Source: an uncultured Planctomycetota bacterium (GTDB lineage: Bacteria > Planctomycetota > Planctomycetia > Isosphaerales > Isosphaeraceae). From it: a DNA stretch of 64,000 bases. The stretch spans positions 64,001 through 128,000 of the forward strand of contig CAWJTV010000003.1 in NCBI GenBank assembly GCA_963845755.1, read 5' to 3'. Shown piece after piece: positions 1-12,468 of this stretch. The position numbers and the translations under genes were made by a program. Numbering within the stretch: the stretch's first letter is position 1; every line of letters begins with the position of its first letter. The notes beneath the pieces were generated by a model. The model had not been told where the DNA came from. It searched no databases and was given only the letters and a program-made list of their open reading frames with translations.

Positions 1-2
1 AC

Positions 3-122
3 GAGGAGGGCTATCGCCCCGATCGAGTGGAACCGCGAGCCCGCAAACGCCGGCCCAAGCCGTACCCGTTGTTGACCGTGCCCCGGAAGCAAGCCAAAAC
101 TGCTTTGCTCAATGCAGGTTAG
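3..122 (+). CDS. IS4-family transposase, C-terminal fragment (cut by window edge)
   Basis: Frame 3 reads EGYRPDRVEPRARKRRPKPYPLLTVPRKQAK...*, the typical R.EPRA.KRRPKPYPLL tail of IS4 transposases; followed by GTGCCATTCG (134-143), an IS4-like end. Confidence 0.7.
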   Translation, partial: EEGYRPDRVEPRARKRRPKPYPLLTVPRKQAKTALLNAG

Positions 123-233
123 GGCTTCAGGACGTGCCATTCGATCCTGAATCCGTTTCGTTCCCAAACTCTGAGGCGTCCCGGTTGGGGCATCATCCCG
201 TGGATGCCGCGGTCGAACCGAGGTAGATGGACC

Positions 234-1605
234 ATGCTCGGCCTGGAGGACTTCGCCGCCCATGTTGTCACGTCGGGACTGGTCCCGCCCGAGGTGCTGG
301 CGCGAGTCCGGTCGGAGATGCCGCCCCGCTCGGGGGAGGACGGAGCCGTCGTCCTGGCCCGCCGGCTGATCCAGGACAAGTTGTTGACGGCGTTCCAGGC
401 CAAGAAGATCCTCTCAGGGCGGACGAGCGGGTTCATCCTGGGCGGCTATCGGTTGCTCCGGCCGCTGGGCGAGGGGGGCATGGGGAAGGTCTACCTGGCC
501 GAGGACGATCGTCGGGAACGGGTGGCCATCAAGGTGCTCCCGCCGCGCAAGGCCATGGAGGATGAGAACGCGCTGTTGCGGTTCCGCCGCGAGATGGACC
601 TTTCCCAACGCTGCTCGCACCCCAATCTCGCCCGGACGCTCTCCGTGGGGAGCGAGGGGGATGTCCATTTCATGGTGATGGAGTACATCCCGGGAGAGAG
701 CCTCTTCGACATGGTCAAGAGCCAGCGCGTCGGGCCGCTGCGCGTCCCCGATGCGGCCCGGCTGTTCCTGAAGCTGATCGACGGCCTGGCCGCCGCCCAC
801 CGCGCGCGGGCTGATCCACCGCGACATCAAGCCCTCGAACGTCATGATCACCCCCGAGGGAGACGTGAAGCTCCTCGACCTCGGACTGGCCCGCGCCCTG
901 GACGACGAGAAAGGATTGACGCGCGCCAACACCGTCCTCGGCACCCTGGACTACGCCAGCCCCGAACAACTCCGCGACGCCACCAAGGCCGACCGTCGGA
1001 GCGACCTCTACAGCCTGGGCTGCACCCTGTACTTCGCGATGGCCGGCCGGGCCCCGTTCGAGGGTGGGGACATGATCAACAAGATCTTCAAGCAGCGCAT
1101 GGAGGACCCCGAGCCGCTGGAGAGCCTGGCGCGGGGCGTGCCGTCGGCGTTCGCCGCGATCGTCCGCAAGCTGATGAGCAAGAAGCCCGAAGAGCGCTAC
1201 CAGGATTGTCCGGAGTTGAGGGCCGACCTGGTGCGGTGGACTGACCCCGAGCGCGTCCGCGCGATCCTCGGCGCCGAGGCCGAGGCCGCCCGGAGCTTCC
1301 GGCCTCCGCCCCCCGAACTCGACGAGGACGACCTCCGCCTCCTCGATATCGAGGATACCGAATCCCGGGATGGCATGTCCCTCCGCGGTCTGGGCGGCGC
1401 CGAGCCATCCGTGGCCCCGCGTCACCATCAACCTCCACAACCACTCCCCGCGATCTTCCGGTCCGCGCCTCCTCGCGATCCCCATTCCCCCGCCTTCCCG
1501 AACCGGGGGACCAGCGAAAACGCCTGGCTCGTCCAGTTTGCCCTGATCGCAATCGCCATCGGCCTGGTCGCCATCGTGATTATCTCGATCTGGTACCGCT
1601 CCTAG
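234..1605 (+). CDS. Serine/threonine protein kinase with C-terminal TM helix (frameshift ~810)
   Basis: LGEGGMGKVY and VAIKVL in ORF 204..1244; HRDIKPSN, DLGLA and GTLDYASPEQ in the frame of ORF 844..1605; hydrophobic C-terminus. Confidence 0.92.
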
Positions 1606-1684
1606 ACGGTTGGCGCGCGGTTTGCCATCTATCGCAATTCCGCCGCAAACGTCAGAAATGGACCGTTTTTACCGAGGTTTTCTC

Positions 1685-1909
1685 ATGCCCATCCTCGCCT
1701 CGAGCCCAACGACCGCCCCGATTGACGGCATGTTTGCCCCAGATACGGGCAACCGGGGCATCGATGGTGTTGTCGAAATCAACCTGCTGCTGCCATCTCA
1801 GTGGGCCGAGCATCTCATGGCGCTCTCCAGGGAGCGTCGGCAAAGTGTCGGCGAGATCCTTCGCTTAATAATCGGGCACGCCTTGCATGACCGTTCCGTG
1901 CAATCTTGA
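1685..1909 (+). CDS. Small hypothetical protein, possible ribbon-helix-helix DNA binder
   Basis: VEINLLLPSQWAEHLMALSRERRQSVGEILRLII fits a beta-helix-helix pattern. Confidence 0.5.
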   Translation: MPILASSPTTAPIDGMFAPDTGNRGIDGVVEINLLLPSQWAEHLMALSRERRQSVGEILRLIIGHALHDRSVQS

Positions 1910-2129
1910 CAACGCGGGCCTGCGACCAACACCGATCGTCAAACGCGCTGATTTTGCCGTTCGGTCGCACTTTCGCGCCGCGCTCACCCGAATTGTTTCT
2001 CTATGAGTCCATGCGCGCCAGCGAGGGTGTTTCCCATTACCTCGCAAGGATTTACGCTGACACTCGATGGCACTTGGGGCTGGTAAGGTCCCGGGCGGAT
2101 CGCGGGTAAACCCATTCCTGCCGGTTGCG

Positions 2130-2345
2130 TAAACGATTGTATAGGAAAACTCTTGCGAGACCTCGATGCTCGGGAGAGAATCGAGTGGTGTGAACTTTCG
2201 CGGAACACCACTCGGCGCGACGGCTCTAACCCATGGATCAAACCAGCCATTGTGCGGATGACGTACTCGACCGATTTCATCCGTCGGTGTCATCGTGGTT
2301 CCGCGAGCAGTTCGGCGAGCCCACCCCGCGAAGCGGCTGGGCTGA
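2130..2345 (+). pseudogene. Degenerate duplicate of the lhr upstream region and 5' end
   Basis: Aligns with 16384-16607; encodes MDQ...DDVLDRFHPSVSSWFREQFGEPTP, then frameshift and stop. Confidence 0.85.
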
Positions 2346-2479
2346 CCGCCCCCGAACTCCCGCGTGACGGTGAACTCGGTCCGCAGATCACCTGGCCGCG
2401 GAACAGGTCGCAGATCGATTCGATCGCAGCGAGCTGGGAGTCCAGATTGGATTCGAAGTGCAGTTTCATGGTGCGTCAC

Positions 2480-3556
2480 CTATTCCAATGTGTCCGGCTT
2501 CTTCGGGGGCTGTTTCTTCTTCTTCCTGGGCGGGCGAGCCTCGGCGGTGTTTTCGAGCGACTTCAGGTTTATCCGCTCGCCTTCGGCCTCGAGCAGCGTC
2601 CTGCGGCGAGCGGCGAATCGCTCGTATTCGGCTTCAGCATGGACATCAGCGTCATTCTTGCTGATCGATCCAGCGTTGGCGAGCACGGCGCGCTGTTGAA
2701 GACGAGGAATTCATCCAGCTTCGTCTCCCAGTCCTTCAAGAACACCTGCTTGCGGCGGCGGGCCTGATCCTCGGCGAAGTCGAGCCACATCGTCACGATG
2801 CGGTTCAGCTCGCGGATTTCCTCTTCGCTCAGGTAGTTCTTGGCAATGGTCACATCGTGCTTGCGGACGGCATCGCCCTTCCAGGTCGTCAGCCCCATGT
2901 TCGGAAGGGCGTGATTGGCCCGTCGGGCGATCAGCTCCCGCGGCGGTCTGGCCGGTCGCGGCGAAATGCAGCTTGTTCTGGATGATCTTGAAGAATTCGA
3001 TGGTCACTTTGGGCAGGGTCGTAATCGGCAGCCAGGGCAAAGATCTCCTTGACCCGCAGGTACATCCGGCGCTCGCTGCGCGGATGTCACGAATCCGCTC
3101 CAGCAACTCGTCGAAGTAATCCGGAACGCCGGTCCCCTCGACGGGCGGGTTCTTGAGCCGCTCGTCGTCCATCGTGAATCCCTTGACGAGATACTCCCGC
3201 AACCGCTCCGTCGCCCAGCGGCGGAACTGCGTCCCGCGCGATGAACGGACCCGGTAACCGACTGCCAGAATTACGTCCAAGCTATAGTGCTCGATCTCCC
3301 TGGCCACCTCCCGTTTGCCTTCCCGGCGAACTATCCGGAATTTCCGGACAGTTGCCGCCTCGGCCAACTCGTCTTCCTCGTAGATATTCTGCAAATGCTC
3401 GTTGATCGTCCGAACGTCCTTCTGGAAAAACTCGGCGATCTGTGCCTGCGTCAACCAGATCGTCTCATGCTCAAAACGGCAGTCGATGCGCGTTCGACCA
3501 TCCTCGGTCTGATAGAGAAGAATCTCGCCTTCGGGCGGAAACAAGGGCATCGACAT
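2480..3556 (-). CDS. RhuM-family (virulence RhuM) protein, frameshifted
   Basis: EILLYQTEDG, TIWLTQAQIAE, YSLDVILAVGYRVRSSRGTQFRRWAT, DYFDELLERIRDIR, MGLTTW..IAKNYL across ORFs 2711..3607, 2569..2898 and 2480..2686. Confidence 0.9.
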
Positions 3557-3712
3557 GGCGAGTGTCCTGATGCGTTCCTGGTTACGGCGTCGCGAGTGGG
3601 GTGCCACGCTGATTTTGCCGACGGTGTCGGCAGAATCTCCGGTGGGCCACTCGCAGGCATCTTACAGGCTCCTCACGGGGGAAAGCCGGTGTCAATGGGA
3701 AAGCTGGTGTCA

Positions 3713-3868
3713 TAGCATCAGGTAAGCTCGAGGAAGGAGGAAGAGACTCGAACTCGGAAACCTTTCAATGCAACCCTTCGGGTTAACGAATCCCGCCCGG
3801 CAGAGCTTAGCCAGCAGCCGGAAGCGAGTCTTGCGTGGTGGCGGGTAACCTCCACTGCGAAGCGTAGT
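3713..3868 (+). mobile_element. Truncated group II intron 5' end (part of domain I)
   Basis: GGAAGGAGGAAGAGACT...GAGCTTAGCCAGCAGCCGGAAGCGAGTCTTGCGTGGTGGCGGGTAACC...CTGCGAAGCGTAG matches my recollection of bacterial group II intron 5' sequences; no RT follows. Confidence 0.65.
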
Positions 3869-4246
3869 GGCTATAGAAATCTTTCCTTTGGTCTGACCCC
3901 GACTTTCCCTTTCGCCACGCTGGATCCCCGGGGCCAATCGGATGGCTTGGGCAATGCTATTCCCCACCGGCCTAGTGGGTCCAGATTACGAAATTGTCCG
4001 GCAACAATCGCAACTCCCTGGTTTTCCAGGTTTTTCGATGTGAGAAGGGACGTTCGCGGATGGTTTCTAAGCAGCTCTGAGGAATTGGGGAATTTGTCGC
4101 ACCTTGACGGCAGCGTAAGTCCCGAGTAGAACCTCTGTTGAAGCGCCCGACAATCCTAGGCCCTCAATTTTTTTCTTCGCACCTCATGACTTTTCGGGCC
4201 TTTCCCGGTATAAGGTCCACTTACCGGAAGTTCCAGGGGCCCATCG

Positions 4247-4604
4247 ATGCATGTGCCGAGCCACCCCACGCTGGTCCGTCGGATGCTCGACCGCCGCCTC
4301 AAGCAACTGGCTCCGGCTGGGCCGCTCCTGGCGGCCAGCCTGGCCCAGGTGCAGAAACGTTGCGGCCAGCCCCTCCTGCGCCTGCCACCACGGTGGCCCG
4401 TTGCACTCCGCCCACCACCTCACCTTCTCGGAGGGGGGTAAGACTCGCACGGTGTATGTGCCCCAGGACCTGCTCACGGAGGTCCAAGAATGGGTGCAAG
4501 AACACCAACGTCTCAAAGGCCTGATCCACGAAATCAGCCAGTTGACCCTGGCCTTGATCCAGGGCCACGTCTCGCACCGAAAGCGGCGGCGGGGACGACG
4601 CTAA
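4247..4604 (+). CDS. IS-associated small Cys/His protein (DUF6788-like), frameshift ~4370
   Basis: RCG.PSCACHHGGPLH...LTFSEGGKTRTVYVP motif typical of IS accessory ORFs. Confidence 0.75.
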
Positions 4605-5963
4605 ACATCGGACCTATCCTGGTGCGAACCCTGGGTCACTTCTTCCCCGATCTCAACACCTGGATCGATGCGATCGATGACCCGCGGTTTGCCCCCTTGG
4701 TGATCTACCACAAGCGGTTCCTGCTGTGGTGGGGGCTGAGTTTGTTCCTGTGCAAGTTGAGCAGCCGGCGCCAACTGGACTACCAGTTGAACACCGACGG
4801 CCCGGAGGTCCTGCCCAATCTCAATCGTCTGGCGGGTACGGCGGAAGAGAGCCGGCCGGTGAACCAGACCTTGGAGTACTTCCTGGGGAAAATCGGCCCC
4901 GACCCCATCGCCGGGTTGCGGCAGCGGATGGTCCAGCGGTTGATCCGCATGAAGGCTCTGGACGCGGCGCGCTGCAGGGGCGGTTCGTCGTCTTGATAGA
5001 CGGCTCGGGCTATCTGGTGTTTCACTCCCGGCATTGCGACGATTGCCTGACCCAGCCGCACGGTGCGACGACGCTATATATGCACGAGGTGCTGGAGGCC
5101 AAGGTGCTGGCCGGCCGGCACGGTCATCTCGATCGCCAGTGAGTTCATCGACAACCACGACGGCGCCAGTGCCCCAGCGGGTGCCAGCGCGGAACGGATC
5201 AAGCAGGATTGCGAGTTGAAGGCCTTGCGACGCCTGGTGGAGAAGTTGCGGATCGAGTTCCCGCAGTTGCGGATTTGCCTCGGCGGTGACGGCCTGTATG
5301 CCTGCGGAGAAGGATTCCAGGATCGCCAAAGATTATCGATGCGACTACATTTACACGTTTCAGCCTGGACAACTTCCCGCCCTCTGGGCGAAATTCCAGG
5401 GGTTGCTGCGGTTGTGTCCCGACCAGCGCGTGGAACGGATGACGCCGCAAGGGGTCCGGCAGGTCTATCGCTGGATCAACGGCCTGCACTACAGGGACAG
5501 TGATGGTCGGGACTGGACCATCAACGCTCTGGAGTGCACCGAGACGGGCAAGGAGGGAAAGCAGACGGAATGGTCGTGGGTGACCTCTCTGGATTTGAGC
5601 CACGAGACTGTGGTGGAAGTAGCGACCAACGGAGGGAGGGCACGCTGGCGCGAGGAGAACGAGGAATTTAACAGCCAGAAGAACAGTGGCCTGAACCTGG
5701 AACATGCCTACAGCCACAGATGCTGGCCGGCCTACTATTTCCTGTTGCAGAACGCCCATCTGCTGCTGCAACTGGTGGAGAAGGGGAGCCTGTTGCGGCA
5801 CCTGGCCCAAGAGCAGGGGAAGCGAACGGCCGTGGAGCTGTTCGGCTCGTTGAAGAACATGGCGCAACGATTGTTGGAGAGCCTGCGGTTTCGACACTGG
5901 CCGGACGAGGTCTTCGAGCCGGCCGGAGCCGGGCCGATCCAGATCCGACTGGACAGCAGTTAG
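4601..5963 (+). CDS. DDE transposase (several frameshifts; start uncertain)
   Basis: IDDPR, VLIDGSG, KQDCELKA, GDGLYA, GRARWREENEEFNSQKNSGLNLEH; stop at 5963 inside the IS ends. Confidence 0.85.
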
Positions 5964-6559
5964 CCGCCGGTGGCGGGTGGGCGTGTTCCAGGTTCAGCCG
6001 GGTTCTTCAGGGTCTGATAGCGGTCGCACTCGAAGCCGCCTTCAAGCCCGTCCCTTACGGCCATTGCCGGCCCTCGGTCGCCATCCACGCGGCTTCCGCG
6101 TGCCGGCCTACCGCCCGAGGGGCGGATTTCTCAGGCCTGGTTTCTAAGCCTCTCCATGGTCTAGCATTTCTCCAAATCTGTTATCATAAATGGTTCGGGG
6201 CTCGGTCACGGGATGAACGCGGACCACCCCGAGCCGGCCCTCGAGGTTGCGACATTTGACGTGAGGGTGTTTCGGGCAGGGCCCCTGGTCTTGGCCGTCA
6301 GTCTTGAGCGGCGTGGTCTGGCGGGCGCGTCGAGAGGGTCGCACCAGCGGTCTCCGCGCGGTCGCGCGAGGCGAGGTAGCCGGTGATTCGTTCGTGGGAG
6401 TCGGACATCAAGAAAGGCCCGGAAGGGGCAAGTGAGCGAGTCCAACAGGCCTTTCATTGCCGCTCGCAACACTCAAGTGCGGCACACTCGGATGACAGGT
6501 AAGTCCCGAAGGGGAGGCCTTGCTCGGCGCTCGTGCATACTAACCCAGGGAGTAGTCTC

Positions 6560-9500
6560 GTGAGCTCGTCTACCCGCTCCAGTGTCGGCGTGAGTCAGAT
6601 CGGCGAGTACATCAAGCCGCAGCTCCTGCGAGCGTCGGCTCAAGCTCGATGTCGATGCGCGGCCGATCATGGAGAAGCTCCCCTACTACGCGAGCGTCTT
6701 CAACAACCTCGATCCCATCTTGCTAGAGAAAGGCCGGGAAAGCGAGGACGCCTGGGAGCAATCTCTAAAAGCGAGAAGCGTGAGTGACCTCACCGGCTTT
6801 GACACCCGATCAGACCGCGACAAAGCGACCCCTTGGGATCAGTTCCTCGTCTCGCTCGCTGCCGTCAGAGAGGGTCAGCAGGCGTACGGTCGCGAGATCG
6901 AGATCGCCGTCGATTTCGACGGTCTGCCACTCACGGGACGCATCGACTTCGTGCTGGTTCTCTGGCTGGACGGTAAACCGAGGCTTCGCCTCATCGAATG
7001 CAAATCGAGCCGCCGGGATCGGACCTATCACCGGCTTCAGGTGGCGATCTACGGGAGGATGGTGCGGCAGCTCCTTACCGCATCGCCCGCTGTGTGCTCC
7101 GGTATTCCTGTCGAGGTGGAGCACACGGAATGTGTCGTGGCCCGGCTCGACGAGGATACGAATGTGCGACAGGACATACTCTCGTTGCCGCGGTTGGACC
7201 TCTGGATGATGAACGCGGATCTCGACAGGCTTCTGGCTCCCGGCGGAGCAATTTCGCGCGTCTTATCGTCACGGCTAGAGGACTTGAGCTACTGCATCGA
7301 ACAGAAGTGCGACGATTGCCGTTTCAATATTCATTGCCTGCCAGAGAGTGCACGGCTCCGCCGTCCCGAGCTGCTCGGCCTTGCATCCTCGACGGTGGAG
7401 GCACTGCAACGAGCTGGGATCAACACCCTAGACGATCTAGCGGACCTCGACCCCACGAGCGATCCGGCCTCCGCAGTTCGCAGAGACCACTCGTTTTACG
7501 AGAGCCTCGACATCCTGATCCAAAAGGCGAGAGCACGGAGATCGACGCTCCCGCGTGGCGACTCGCACCCCGATAATTACGAGGTTCAGTCTCTTTCATT
7601 CAACTCCCAGAGCCAGCCTCCCACCCCACCAGATTGCGCCCACCATCTCATCCGCGTCTACATGGGGGTTCATTACGATTACACCGAAAACCGAGTTGGC
7701 GCCTCAAGCGCCCACGTCTCCCGTGGTGAGTGGGAGGTCCATACGCCCGTGTCCTGGGACGGCGATCCGCCTCGCCCGACCTGGCACCACGATGTCGTCG
7801 AGATTCGTGAGCAGGGACGGGACCACGACAATCATCCGATCTTCGAGGAGAGAGCTTTACAGGGACGGGACGTCCTGCGCCTTCAGGCCTCACCGTGGGC
7901 GGTCAATTTCGACCGCGACAACGCATCCGAGGCCTCCCTGCTCACGGGGTTCTTCAATGACCTGGTGGCGGCGATCCGGAGTGTAGCCGGAACCGACACC
8001 GACGCTCCCATTCATTTCTACGTATGGTCCCGCGGGGAGGTCACGCACCTGATCGAGGCATTCACGCGCACCGGCATCCCCCTCCATGCGCTCAACCAAC
8101 TCCTTGGCCTTCGCGAGGGCTCGGAGCAGCTAATCTTTTCTTGTCTGCACGACGAGGCGGATAGACGCTTCGGCCTCGGCTGGACCAGTCGCGGGCTAGT
8201 GGTCGCTGCCGGTCTGAAATGGTTCGGGAGGCGATTTCATTGGCATCGGCGCGTCGGCGGAGACGAGATCGACTTAGAGCTGCGATTTAGGCAGGACGTA
8301 TTCGACTACAAGAGGAATTTGCCCTTGGATGCCGCCGGAAACTGGGCGAAGGACGAGGCAAGAGTCTCCCAGCATCCGTTCGAGATCCGGAGCCGTTTCG
8401 GTGATTCACTGCCCGCGCCTTACTGGCGGGCCTACTGGGGTACGCTTCATTTCCCGCCCAATGCGGACCACCTCGTGCGGGGCCAGATCAACCGATACCT
8501 CGAAGGCGGGCGGCCTGGGATCCTGGAAGCTTACCTCGGCGGCACGCACCCATGCCCTTCGTTGGGTCGAAGAGCGGGTGAAGCGCAAGAACCCCGAGAT
8601 CCACAAGCCGCCCTTTGTTCTCGCGGACCTCCCGGCGTTCAACCTGGGTGTCAACGACGTCGGACGGGCGGCCATCGATTTCCTGCGCTTGGACCACAGA
8701 GTCAAGCTTAATGACTGGGTCGCCGCCCAGCTCATGCCCCCATCGCTCCGCGTGTTGCGCGGCCGAACGATCCCGATCACGAACCTCTCCTATCCTAGCA
8801 ATAACGTCGTGATCGGCACGATTCATCTCGCCGGTTGCGAGGTCGATCTCAAGGGTCTGCGCGATCGCTGCGACCTCAAGGAGGGGGATTTCGTTCGCGT
8901 CTCTCCGTGCAGCGATACGGGCGATCTGGGTAGGGGGCAGACCATTAAACAACTGACGTCCGGCGTGGGCCACAACGGCTACATTGAGAGGATCGATTGG
9001 CAACGGGGTGAGGTCGAGATCCGGGTGATCCCCAGCTACCAAGGGGCCACCTTCTATATCCTCCAGTCTCGGAACGTCAGACCCACCGACCCGCCACTAG
9101 CGTTCGAAACGATTGACGCGGGCATCTCAGATTACGTCGCAGGGCGCGTGGAGGCGCGTTTCGGCGGGGGCCGGTACGCACGTGCTCGGGTGGCTCGACC
9201 CCCGCAAACCGGTCATCCCTCCTCATGCTCCCCTGCCAGCCGGCCAGCGGACGCTCTTCGAGGACGTCCTTACCCGACTGGTGGACGATCTCGCAAGCGG
9301 ACCGAAGCAGTTGCTTAACGACGAGCAGAGCGCGGTGGCGTTGGACGGACTGTCCTCCCGCGTGCAGCCTGCTACAAGGCCCTCCCGGCACGGGCAAGAC
9401 CCAGACGACCGCCTCCGCGCTCCTGCTGCGGATCCTTGCCAGGCGGCGACCTGGGACACCCCGGACAAATAGCCGACCGTCTTCGGCCGGTGACATCGTG

Positions 9501-10777
9501 CTGGTGGCCGCCCACACTCACAACGCCGTCAACCAGCTGCTCGTCAGACTTTGCCGTCTTCAAGCCCCCTTCCATAGGGCCGCGTCCGAAGCGGGTGCGA
9601 TGTTGCCTACCACCGTGCTGGCCAAGGTCTTCACCAGCTCGGAGGGGATGGAGCCGCTCGAGATCTGCGTCGATGAGGTCACCGGGCGGATGATCCGTCT
9701 CCCCGTGCAGACGTTCGCCACCGACAAATGTACCAGTAAGATCAATGATTTCCGCAAAAACGCCGTGCTCGTCATCGCCGGGACGACGGGGCCATCTTGA
9801 AGATGGTGGAAGAGCTGAAGGGTAAAGCGGCCTTCCCGAACGGGCTCACTACTCCACTCCTCGTCGTCGATGAGGCCAGTATGCTTGCCTTCCCCCACTT
9901 CCTGGCCCTCGCCACCCTCATCGAGCCAAATGGCGAGATGTTGCTCGCCGGCGACCACCGGCAGCTCTCCCCGATCGTGGCACACGACTGGGAGAACGAG
10001 GACCGACCGACCGTTGAGATGTTCAAGCCGCACTTGAGCGCTTACGAGGCACTGGACGGGTTGAAGACCCATTCAGCCTTGCCCGATGAGGCCATCTTCC
10101 GGCGAGCTCGAGCACACATTTCGCCTTCCCGACATCATCCGCAGGCTGATCGAGCCGACTTACGCGAGAGACCGTATTGCACTTAAGGGCCGCCCGCACG
10201 TCCCGGAGCACGTTAATTTCGCGGCGGAGACGGACCCGTGGAGGAGGCCGTGGCTCTCGTCAAGCGGCCTCTTCCTGGTGTCTCATGACGACCGCCGGTC
10301 TCGAAGAGTGAACCCTGTCGAGCTTGAAGCGGTCGAGCGGCTGGTGCGATCCTGTCCCGGTGCAGGGGCGGGGACGATTGCGATCATCACCCCTCACCGC
10401 GCCAAAGGAACGAGCTGCAGCAGCACTTGAACGACGTATACGGGCCAGGGCGACAGATCAAGATCATCGACACCGTCGAGAAGCTACAGGGGGCCGAGGC
10501 CCCGACCATCATCGTGACAGCCACTGCGAGCGACCCATCGGCGATCGGCAGAAACGTCGATTTCATCCTCAGCCTGAATCGGGCAAACGTCGCCTTCTCG
10601 CACACCATGAAGCGGCTGGTCGTGGTTTGCGCGGACTCGCTCCTCGACCACATCCCTGTCGAGGTCGATCAGTATGACGACACGGTCTTGTGGAAGACGC
10701 TCAGGCTGCTCTGCTCTCGTGAGATCGCTTCGGTTCCCATCGACAGTTTCATCGCGAGAATCCGTACGACGCGGTGA
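6560..10777 (+). CDS. Large PD-(D/E)XK (Cas4/RecB-like) nuclease fused to SF1 Dna2/Upf1-like helicase (multiple frameshifts; start uncertain)
   Basis: SSCERR; GRIDFV...LIECKSS...HRLQVAIY; CDDCRFNIHC; HhH-like GLASSTVEALQRAGI; QGPPGTGKT, VVDEAS, GDHRQL, TVEKLQG, RANVAFS. Confidence 0.85.
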
Positions 10778-10844
10778 GCCGAGTTCCTCGAGGGCGACGG
10801 GTCATGGGGCTAGCGAAACCGCCCCAACCCGGTGCTACACGCGG

Positions 10845-12116
10845 TCACAGAGCCTTAAGGAAGTCCTGCTGCTCGTCCCGATCTTTGACCTTTCTACCCT
10901 TTCGTCGTCCCGAGAGGCGACCCTCCCCGGGATGGTCCGGATGGTCGCCGATCTGGCTCCGGTACATGTCGGGGAGAGGCATCACCGGCTCTGGGGGCGG
11001 CGACTGTTGACGCACAGGTGGTATCAGAGCGAGGCCCCCGAGTCGGGCTCCGGGCTCGAGTAGCTGACGTCGGATCTCTCTAGCCAGGACTTCCGCGAGC
11101 AGCGAGGGAACGGCGTTGCCGACCAGCCTCTGAGCATCGGTCCTCGCGCAGTCGTAAGAGACGCCGTCCGGGAAGGTCTGGATGCGACCCATCTCGCGGG
11201 CCGTGAGCTTCCTGTTGCACCAATGGAATGGCCCGATCGCCGAGCCCGGCTGGGCCTGTATGGTCCAGGACGGCTGGGCCTTTGAAAGCTTCAGTAAGAA
11301 GCTCCAATACCGGGTACGCCACCCGAAGAGAGGCTCTCCTCCCCCCGGTTCGTGTGCCAGAGGTAATTCTGCCCCTCGGGAATGGATGGCAGTAGATCCC
11401 CCCATTTGCCGCCAACCTTTAGGCTCGGCTCGTCGGGTTCTCGCGGAAGGTCGCCAATCGCATCCCACGCCGTGCGGAAGGGCTCTGATGTGTCAAAGAG
11501 GCCCCGCTCCTCGTGTGCGATGTGCGTGGGCTTTGGGAACCCGAATTCTTTGCCATCGCGGCTCCCGACGAGGAACACCCGCTCCCGGACCTGCGGCACC
11601 CCAAAATGGGCTGCGTTCAGCATCTTCCAAGAGACGGAGTAACTCGTACCGGCTACGTTGTTGATCTGATCGATGCCTTCCAGGATGTGGCGGAGTCCCT
11701 CGTCCTTTCCCTTGTAGGCTAGTCCGTAAACGTTCTCGAGGAGGAACACCCTGGGATTAGTGTCTCGTAGCACTCGGAGATACTCGGTCAGGGTGTTGGC
11801 CCGATCGTCGCTCAAGCAGAGAGTCGCCCGACACCCAGTACGATGACTTCGAGAACGGCTGACAGGGGGGGCCGCCGATCAATACGTCCGCCTCCCCGGG
11901 CCCGAGCCCCGCCCTTTTCAGGATCGCCTCCGAGCTAATGTTGTGGATGTCGCCCTCGAGCACACCCCATGACGGGCGGTTGAGGCGGGCCATGCGGCAC
12001 GCCGCCGGGTCTAGCTCCACGCCCGCGACAGTGTCGAACCCCGCCGCCTCGAAGCCGAAATCGAGGCCCCCGATCCCGGTGTATAGGCTAATGGCGGTGA
12101 GACGACGTCTAGACAT
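10845..12116 (-). CDS. dcm: DNA (cytosine-5) methyltransferase (frameshifts ~11820, ~11340)
   Basis: Motif I YTGIGG, catalytic GGPPCQPFS, FLLENV, QVRERVF, EMGRIQTFP, VGNAVP. Confidence 0.95.
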
Positions 12117-12192
12117 GAGGAATGGTTCCTTATCAAGCACGGGGGCACTGGGTATACTCGCGGTACGCTCTACTGAAGTGTACACCATGTAA

Positions 12193-12211
12193 CTTGTATC
12201 GTCAATACAAG
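12193..12211. promoter_or_regulatory. Palindromic operator CTTGTAT-N5-ATACAAG in the divergent MTase/controller intergenic region
   Basis: Perfect 7-bp inverted repeat ending 11 nt upstream of the HTH gene start. Confidence 0.55.
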
Positions 12212-12222
12212 ACCGGCCAGCC

Positions 12223-12468
12223 GTGATCAGGGTCAAGCTCCGAGAGGCGATGGAGGAGTTCCGGAACCGCTCCGGAATGCGGATGACTTACGAGCGCCTC
12301 GCCGAGGTTACCGGCATCGCGCGGGCGACCCTCGAGTCGCTCGCGTCTCGGCCAAACTATAATACTCGGCTCAGCACGATCGAGAAGCTCTGCCGGGCCC
12401 TCGATTGCCAGCCGGCTGATCTGCTTGAGCTTGTCGTTTCGGAGGACAGCGATGCCCCTTCGGATTGA
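12223..12468 (+). CDS. XRE/Cro-type HTH regulator (probable R-M controller)
   Basis: MTYERLAEVTGIARATLESL...LSTIEKLCRALDCQPADLL; overlaps the start of the REase gene. Confidence 0.88.
   Translation: MIRVKLREAMEEFRNRSGMRMTYERLAEVTGIARATLESLASRPNYNTRLSTIEKLCRALDCQPADLLELVVSEDSDAPSD

Larger units (their letters stand above)
4072..6139 (+). mobile_element. Two-ORF insertion sequence (DDE transposase, ISAs1/ISNCY-like)
   Basis: Imperfect TIRs CAGCTCTGAGGAATT / GATTTCTCAGGCCTG; 9-bp target duplication GTTTCTAAG at 4063-4071 and 6140-6148. Confidence 0.85.
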
